A stretch of 64,000 bases of DNA from Eledone cirrhosa (taxonomy: Eukaryota), in the NCBI GenBank assembly GCA_964016885.1, contig OZ024745.1, forward strand, positions 23,684,001 through 23,748,000, in the 5' to 3' direction. The notes below the pieces were generated by a model. That model made no database searches. It worked only from the letters and a program-made list of their open reading frames with translations, and was not told the DNA's origin. The first letter of the stretch is position 1. Every line of letters begins with the position of its first letter. Below, piece after piece: positions 52,939 through 64,000 of the stretch. Made by a program: the position numbers and the translations under genes.

Positions 52939-52969
52939 CGTGTGTGTGTGCGTGCGCGCGCGCGTGTGT

Positions 52970-53007
<38 letters not shown>

Positions 53008-53074
53008 GTATAAGGTTGTTATATGCCAGTGTATGGATATCTAGAAGTGAATCTAAGGAAATTGTGACGAGGAG

Positions 53075-53390
53075 GTTGTGTTCACGAGTGATGGAAGGCA
53101 GGAGACTGAATTAAGTGCAAGAATTATTGGTGCTGGTTCAGTAATGTGCCAGTTGTAGCATTCGGTAATCAGAAGAAAGGAGGTAGGTGTAAAAGCCAAA
53201 CTCGCCTTCTTCAATTCACTATTCATGCCAATCCTTACCTATAGTAATGACTGAAAGAATACAATCGTGAATACAAGCGGCCGAAATGGAGTCCTTCGAA
53301 GGATCTTTTGAGTAACGTTACTTGATAGTACACGGAGATGAGAGAGTCACTCCAGGTAAAGTCGGTACGACTACTACAAACACGAAAGAT
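53075..53390 (+). mobile_element. RTE-clade LINE 3' RT fragment (degenerate)
   Basis: VFTSDGRQETELSARI.GAGSVM...KAKLAFFNSLFMPILTY...TERIQS.IQAAEM. Confidence 0.7.
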
Positions 53391-53551
53391 GTTTCTTGTC
53401 TTAATCCCTGCAGTGTTATTGGTATATCTGTATCTATCTGAATTCTTACATTATTATCTGTCGCTTATCTGGTGTTCATATCAGTGCGATAACTCTGAGA
53501 TACCAAGAATCTTCCAAGAAGAAACCCTACCACCTATTTATAACATCTACA

Positions 53552-53700
53552 TCAGTCATAGGAAAACTGTGGCCCGCGAGCCGCATGCGGCTTGTTTGGC
53601 TTTCTGAATGGAACACCTAATTTCAAAATTGCCTTGAATTTATTAGTTGTGCGGTCCGCCTCATGATCAGCCACATCCTATGCGGCCCATGTCTGATCTA
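53552..53700 (+). mobile_element. hAT (Charlie-like) DNA transposon terminal fragment
   Basis: CAG..AAACTGTGGCCCGCGAGCCGCATGCGGC plus repeated TGCGGCCC-like subterminal motifs. Confidence 0.5.
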
Positions 53701-53944
53701 AATGAATCAAAGCATTATTATACCAAAAGAAATGTTGTACCAAAATAGTCAACCAAAGCAGCAGTTGTTTTTGTTGATAATGAATCATGAGATCCTTAGC
53801 TTATTCAATACGTTATTAACCTCGACAGTTTCATTTCTCCAGACTTTCATAAAATATTTTAATTATATACTACAGTCGAAGCGAAATAAATAAGTCACTT
53901 AGTAGACACTTAGTAAAGAATAAATTTATACGTGAGTGAATAAT

Positions 53945-54160
53945 GGTTTCTTATATAGGCACAAGGACAGCAATTTTGGGGGAGGGGAAAGTCGATTAAA
54001 CCGATCCCAGTTCGTGACTGGTACTTTATTTTATCGATCTCGTAAGGATGAAAGGCAAAGTTAACCTCGGCGGGATTTGAACTCAGATAATAAAGGGCCG
54101 TAATTCTATGTTGCAAAGCATGGCGTCCGACCCTCTACCGATACTGCCAATCCACCGCCT
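53945..54160 (-). mobile_element. SINE family 2
   Basis: Full core including GGGGAAAGTCGATT. Confidence 0.85.
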
Positions 54161-54587
54161 ACGTGAGTGAATAATGATATCATAATAATATTATTAATAT
54201 TCGGTTCGTTTGCAAGCAAACAACCTCATAACACCATGTGTGTTTTTTAAATGACTAACGACATCCTTTCGTCCAACTTACGTATACATTTAGGTATCCA
54301 CCATGTTAGAGCGAAAATGAATTTTGTTTTTAATAAATAAATTGATGTATGAATATATGGTGTATGTCCTCATTCCCGCGACAGGTGGTCTGATATAGCA
54401 GAACTATATTGCAAGGTGTGACCCAACAGATGTATAACTTCTGACATGTCATAAATAGCTCTAATTGAAGACAATTCTTCCCATTTTGACATGTCCTACA
54501 ATGTTCCAATCCGAGCCACTTGTACTCTTTCTCTCTCTCTCTCTTTCTATCTATGTGTCTCCATCTCTTTCTCTCTCTCGCTCTCTC

Positions 54588-54676
<89 letters not shown>

Positions 54677-55104
54677 TCCAATTGCCAACCAGAATCATTA
54701 AAGACGTACAGATCCTGATTTCTCTATAGATACGGTGTATCTTCAATAGAGTGTTTCCAGAATTTTGATGAGTTTTTAAAGCAGATATTCGTGTTTGAGT
54801 TACATTACTTTCCAAGTAAATATAGATAACTACATTATTATTATTGTTATTACTAATGGGGTTGCCTCTCATCCTTACGGGATCTATAAAATAAAGTACC
54901 AGTAATGCACTTGTGCCAAAATCAGAAACTTTTTCTTTGCTTGTTTCCATAAAACTTACCAGTATTCCGTTGGCATTCATCTATTACACAATTTACACCT
55001 GATGAGATCAGCGGCTTCTTACGCAACCTGGCCACTTAAATGTGCATAGTAATAATATATATATATATGTATATATATGTATATGTATGTATGTATGTAT
55101 ATAT

Positions 55105-56562
<1,458 letters not shown>

Positions 56563-56996
56563 TTAAAGGTTAAACAAGGTTCAATGAATAAATCAAAGAA
56601 TGAGTTTTACAATAGATTGGAAGCACTCAACAGTTATTTTTTTCCAGAGTTATTAATATTAAATCAAAATATTAACAAAAATTGAACTTCATTGTGATCA
56701 AGTAAATTTTGTTATACATATTTCAGAGGTACTGAGCTAACTTCAGCAGTACGTCCTCATCAGATAAAATAAGATGATGCATGACATACCCTCACTTAGT
56801 AGATGGTTAAGATCCAGTCATGGTACTACCATGACTGGATCTTAACCATCTACTAAGTGAGGGTATGTCATGCATCATCTTATTTTATCTGATGAGGACG
56901 TACTGCTGAAGTTAGCTCAGTACCTCTGAAATATGTATAACAAAATTTACTTGATCACAATGAAGTTCAATTTTTGTTAATATTTTGAATTAATAT
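56563..56996 (-). mobile_element. Penelope-like 3' end with a near-perfect 170-bp-arm palindrome, inside (TA)n
   Basis: 56656-56825 is mirrored by 56827-56996 around C56826; the tail is shared with 30318-30450. Confidence 0.75.
56882..56946 (+). ncRNA. Type I hammerhead ribozyme (mirror copy on minus strand at 56706-56770)
   Basis: AUUUUAU-CUGAUGA-GGAC-GUACUG..CAGUAC-CUCU-GAAA-UAUGUA-UA-ACAAAAU. Confidence 0.65.
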
Positions 56997-57018
56997 ATAT
57001 ATATATATATATATAATG

Positions 57019-57050
<32 letters not shown>

Positions 57051-57110
57051 CGTATGTATGTATGTGTATTAGTATATATATATGTATGTATGCATATACG
57101 TATGTATGTA

Positions 57111-57151
<41 letters not shown>

Positions 57152-57554
57152 ATATGAATGTATGTATGTAATATGTATGTGAATGCGTGCGTATGTTTCT
57201 ATTAGTGTCTATGCACGTGTCAGTGTATAATAAGCCAAAGCGTATGCAAGCACATGTATACGTATGTGTGTGTATGTGTGTGTGTATCACTGCACATGTC
57301 AGTGTGTGTGCATGTGTGTGTATCACTGTACATGTCAGTGTGTGTGTATGTGTGAGTATACATAAACATGTTTGACCGTATTAGGCTATATACGTATGTC
57401 AGTGCACGAATATGTATATGTATGTGTATGTGTGTATGTGTGTGGGTATGTGTGTATGTATGTGTGTGTGTATATGTGTGTGTATGTGTGTGTGTGTGTA
57501 TGTAGATGTGTGTATGTGTGTGTGTGTGTGTACGCTGTTGTGTTCTAATTCCAG

Positions 57555-57672
57555 AACAGCAGCAGCTGCAACAAAAGCAACAACAACAACAACAACAACA
57601 ACAGCAACAACAACAACAACAACAACAACAACAGCAACAACAACAATAACAATAACAATAACAACAACAGCA

Positions 57673-57704
<32 letters not shown>

Positions 57705-58155
57705 AGCAACAGCAACAGCAACAACAACAACAACAACAACAACAACATCAGCAGCAGCAACAACAACAACAACAGCAACAACAACAACAACAAAAACAAC
57801 ATCAGCAGCAGCAGCAGCAATAACAACAATAACAACAGCAGTAACAGCAACAACAACAACAACAGCAGCAGCAGCAGCAACAGAGCATCAACAATAACAA
57901 CAACAGCAGCAGAAGCAGCAGCAACAACAACAATAACAGCAACAACAGCAGCAGCAACAACAACAACAACAACTACAGCAGCAGCAGCAGCAGCAATAAC
58001 AACAACAACAACAGCAGCAGCAACATCAACAGCAGCAACAACAACAACAACAACAACAGCAACAACAACAGCAGCAGCAACAGCAGCAACAACAACAGCA
58101 ACAACAACAACAACAACAGCAGCAGCAACAGCAGCAGCAATAACAACAACAACAA

Positions 58156-58193
<38 letters not shown>

Positions 58194-58201
58194 ACAACAG
58201 C

Positions 58202-58259
<58 letters not shown>

Positions 58260-58294
58260 ACAACAACAACAACAACAGCAACAGCAGCAGCAGC

Positions 58295-58361
<67 letters not shown>

Positions 58362-58835
58362 GTAGCAACAACAACAGCAGCAACAACAACAACAACAACA
58401 ACAATAACAACAACAACAGCAACAACAGCAGCAACAGCAACAACAACAACAACAACATCATCAGCAACAACAACAACAACAACAGCAGCAGCAGCAGAGC
58501 ATCAACAACAACAACATCAGCAACAATGACAACAACAACAACAAGATCAGCAACAACAACAACCACAACAACAACCACAACAACAACAACATCAGCAACA
58601 ACAACCACAACAACAACAACCACAACAACAACAACAACACCAACAGCAGCAGCAACGACAACAATAACAACAACATCAGCAACAACAACAACAACCACAA
58701 CAACAACAACCACAACAACAACAACAACAACAACAACAGCAACAACAACACCAACAGCAGCAGCAACGACAACAATAACAACAACAATATCAGCAGCAAC
58801 AACAACAACAACAACAACACAGCAGCAGCCAGCAT
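57555..58835. repeat. (CAA)/(CAG) microsatellite
   Basis: Directly visible. Confidence 0.95.
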
Positions 58836-58924
58836 CAAGTGTAATGTCAGACTCATTATATGGAATACCAGCGACGGTAATGAGATAATGGTAGTGCCAT
58901 TATCACATAACAGACTGATAGGTG

Positions 58925-59800
58925 TAGTAGTGGTGGTGGTGGTGGTAGTGGTGGTGGTGGTGGTGGTGGTGTTGGTAGTGGTGGTAGTGGCATAAGGAGA
59001 GTGTGGTGGTGGTAGTAGTAGCATAGAGAATGGTGGTGGTGGTGGTGGTGGTGGTGGTGGTGGTGGTGGTGGTGGTGGTGGTAGTGGTAATGGTGGTAGT
59101 GGTGGTTGTGGTGGTGGTGGTAGTGGTGGTAGTGGCACAAATAGGGTGGTGGTGGTAGTAGTAGCAGAGAGTGGAGGTGGAGGTTTTGGTGGCGGTGGTG
59201 GTGGTGGTAGTATAGAGTGGAGGTGGTGGTGGTGGTGGTAGTAGCATAGAGAGTGGTGGGGATGGAGTGGGGGTGGGGTGGTGGGGTGGTGGTTGTAGCA
59301 TAGAGAATGGTGGGTGGGTGGGGCTAATGGTGGTGGTAGTGGTGGTTGTAGCATAGAGAATGGCGGGGATGGGGGTGGTGGTGGTGGTGGTGGTAGTGGT
59401 GGTAGTGGTGTTGGTGGTTGTGGTATTGGTGGAGGTTGTGGTGGTGGTGGTTGTGGTGTCGGTAGTGGTTGTGGTGTTGGTGGCGGTTGTGGTGTTGGTG
59501 GTGGTTGTGGTGGTAACATAGAGAGCGGTGGTGCTGGTATCAAAGGATGTAGTAGTGGTGGTACTGGTGGTTGTGGAGGTGGTGGTGGTGGTAAAGCTGG
59601 TTGTAGTGGTGGTGTAGTAGTAGTGGTGGTGTAGTAGTGGTGGTGGTGGTGGCGTAGTAGTGGTGGTGGTGGTGATTGTGAAGGTAGTGGTAGTGGTAGA
59701 GCTGGTTGTAGTGGTGGTGTAGTAGTGGTGGTGGTGGTGGTTGCGGTAGTAGTATAGGGCGTGGTGGTGGTTGCGGTAGTGGTATAGGGGGTGGTGCTGG
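58925..59800. repeat. (GGT)n degenerate microsatellite
   Basis: Directly visible; recurring GTAGCATAGAGA interruptions. Confidence 0.9.
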
Positions 59801-59807
59801 TGCAATG

Positions 59808-60190
59808 CTGTTCTTTCTTTCCAGCGACTATGTTGAAAAATAAACCTCATTTTGTTATTCTATGAGCGTATCATAGGCTAATTATGAAGGAGTGATGCTA
59901 GGGCTGTAAAATCTTGCACACATTAATTTCAACTTTTCTTATTAATAACTGCTTCTACAACCATTAATAATTGTTTCTTTCCCGGGGCTATGTTGAAAAT
60001 CAAATTTCATTTGGTTATTCCATGAGAGTATCTTGGTCAGTTTATAAAAGAGTGATGCTAGGGCTCTGGAATCTTGCACGCGTTAATTTCAACTCTTCTT
60101 ATTAATAACTGCATTGTTTCTTTCCAGGGATTGTTGAAAAATAAATCTCATTTGGTCATTCCATGAGAGTGTCTTGGTTAGCTTATGAAA
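59808..60190. repeat. ~150-160-bp diverged tandem repeat x2.5
   Basis: TGTTGAAAA..AAA..TCATTT.GTTATTC.ATGAG.GTATC at ~59831, ~59991 and ~60132. Confidence 0.8.
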
Positions 60191-60248
60191 TTTTCAGGCG
60201 ACCCTCGGAAAATGGTGCTGCTGTGTAGGTCTATGGAAGTTGAGGAGG

Positions 60249-60284
60249 TTTCAACGTTTCGGACAGAAGTCCTTCTTCAGGAAA
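60249..60284 (-). ncRNA. Minimal type I hammerhead ribozyme
   Basis: UUUC-CUGAAGA-A-GGAC(UUCU)GUCC-GAAAC-GUU-GAAA. Confidence 0.75.
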
Positions 60285-60453
60285 GTTCGGATAAGAGGTG
60301 AACAGATACACGTATGAGTAAGGGGGTGGCATACGTGTGGTTGTGTGTTAGGGAGGAAATTGGTAGATGTGCGTGGCTTCAGTCTGTGTCCTAGAGTCTT
60401 AGAAAGTGAAGTCTATGAGGTTTCATCTCTCTCTCACCCTCTCTCTCTCTCTC

Positions 60454-60496
<43 letters not shown>

Positions 60497-60635
60497 ATAT
60501 ATATATATATATATAATTTTTTTTTTCTTTTTTTTTTTTTCCCAATATCACACATCAATCTAAAACTACTTTTCATATATTGATTTAAAACTGCACTATT
60601 CACAAGTGTGTTTTAACCTTCATATCATGTCTCCC

Positions 60636-60706
60636 TATTTTATCTGACGAAAACGCAAATGTTATCGCATGATGATATTTGTTTTTGAAATGCGCATAAT
60701 AAAATA
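60636..60706 (+). ncRNA. Type I hammerhead ribozyme with palindromic stem III; Penelope-like tail runs to (TA)n at ~60835
   Basis: UAUUUUAU-CUGACGA-[~16-bp stem II]-GAAA-UGCGCA-UA-AUAAAAUA; perfect 8-bp stem I. Confidence 0.85.
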
Positions 60707-60832
60707 CATGGAACTCTTTTAACCATCTTTTGATCTTATATATTATTTATAGTCCAGTCCTACAAACTGTAGAGTGCTTCTTGACCGATATTTGCATTGC
60801 TTTATTGTGCTACAATAAAACTCACCTCCTAC

Positions 60833-60904
<72 letters not shown>

Positions 60905-60908
60905 TATG

Positions 60909-61062
<154 letters not shown>

Positions 61063-61201
61063 CATATACATATATATATATATATATATATATGTATGAA
61101 AAATATGGGAAGAACGATACTGCGTGGTTGCACATGGGTTACATATTATAAAATTAGTCCCTCATCAGTGATTTGCCAACCGTCATTGGTATTTCATCGT
61201 A

Positions 61202-61294
<93 letters not shown>

Positions 61295-61308
61295 CGTTGT
61301 AGGGTCGG

Positions 61309-61388
61309 TTTTTTTTTTACTTCTGCATGACACACTAATTTTGTTCACATACATACACACATAACATGCGGGCAATCACATATACACC

Positions 61389-61432
<44 letters not shown>

Positions 61433-61567
61433 TATATACATATATATATATACTCAAAATATATGCACATGTGCGCATGTGTGTGTGTGTGTGTTTGTGA
61501 TTGCCCGCATGTTATGTGTGCATGTATGTGAACAAAATTAGTGTGTCATGCAGAAGTAAAAAAAAAA
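61309..61567. repeat. ~70-bp inverted repeats around a TA/TG microsatellite core (MITE- or fold-back-like)
   Basis: TTTTACTTCTGCATGACACACTAATTTTGTTCACATACAT..ACATAACATGCGGGCAATCACA and its reverse complement at 61496-61567. Confidence 0.8.
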
Positions 61568-61744
61568 TGTGACAAGGGGGTTGTGGAGGGGGAAGACAGG
61601 GTTATAGGAAATTTTCGATTGAATCGTAGAGTGACCTCTATTGAAACTGGAATGAACCGATTGAGATCGATCGAAGGTGAGGATATATATGGAAATAGCA
61701 TGGACATGAGATAGCAAGAGAGAAATATTGAAAGAGAAAGATAC

Positions 61745-61780
<36 letters not shown>

Positions 61781-61789
61781 TGAGTGAGT

Positions 61790-62372
61790 GAGAGAGGGAG
61801 AAAGAGAGAGTGTGTGTGAAAGAGAGAGAGAGAAAAAGAGAGGGGGAGAGGTGAGAGAGTGGGTGGAGTGACGTCTGTAAAGACCAGAAATAAGAGAGAG
61901 AGAGGAAGAGAGAAAGGGAGAGAGAGAGAGAAAGGGACGGAGAGGGTGAGAGGGGTGAGAGAGAGGGAGAGGGTGAGTAAGGGAGGTGAGTAAGAGAGAG
62001 GGAGAGGCGTGTGAGAGGGGGTGGAGTGATGTCTGTAAAGACCAGAAATAAGAGAGAGAGAGAGGAAGAGAGAAAGGGAGAGTGAGAGAGAAAGTGACGG
62101 AGAGGGTGAGAGGGGTGAGAGAGAGGGAGAGGGTGAGTAAGGGAGGTGAGTAAGAGAGAGGGAGAGGTGTGTGAGAGGGGGTGGAGTGACGTCTGTAAAG
62201 ACCAGAAATAAGAGAGAGAGAGAGGAAGAGAGAAATGGAGAGTGAGAGAGAAAGTGACGGAGAGGGTGAGAGGGGTGAGAGAGAGGGAGAGGGTGAGTAA
62301 GGGAGGTGAGTAAGAGAGAGGGAGAGGCGTGTGAGAGTGGGTGGAGTGACGTCTGTAAAGACCAGAAATAAG
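61790..62372. repeat. ~160-bp purine-rich tandem repeat x3.5
   Basis: GTGGAGTGA(C/T)GTCTGTAAAGACCAGAAATAAGA at ~61863, 62021, 62181 and 62341. Confidence 0.9.
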
Positions 62373-62499
62373 AACGCCAACTGAAACGAGCGACACCTTT
62401 GTTCCCCTTCTTTGATGTAATGTGACCTTAGTTGCAAGTTGGAGGTCGGCTTGGCGGGAACTGGGCCTTTTGTCAACTGGTTATGGCTGTTTGTTGTGG

Positions 62500-64000
<1,501 letters not shown>

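Noticed and set aside
54998-55030. CTGATGA as a hammerhead (also at 4170 and 22305 minus)
   Set aside because: No correctly placed GAAA or stems

Overview
AT-rich, microsatellite-dense eukaryotic DNA. The SINE content and repeat landscape suggest a coleoid cephalopod such as octopus (inference). No host protein-coding gene can be identified with confidence, and most ORFs in the track are translations of simple repeats. The main elements are four L1/Tx1-clade non-LTR retrotransposon copies (A 4501-9020, B 9139-14950, C 37497-43202, D 43285-46820). All four are in the same orientation, sit in (ATCT)n tracts, and form two head-to-tail pairs, which points to a GATA/ATCT-microsatellite-specific family. 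They share a covarying 5'UTR hairpin, splice-like signals at the ORF1/ORF2 junction and an unusual ORF1 C-terminal domain. Also present: two R4/Dong-like RLE fragments ending in (ATAC)n; Penelope-like 3' ends next to (TA)n that carry minimal hammerhead ribozymes (at least five recognisable cores plus one with permuted strand order) and long fold-back inversions; many tRNA-derived SINEs; RTE and hAT relics; and 21-, 47-, 63- and about 160-bp tandem arrays.
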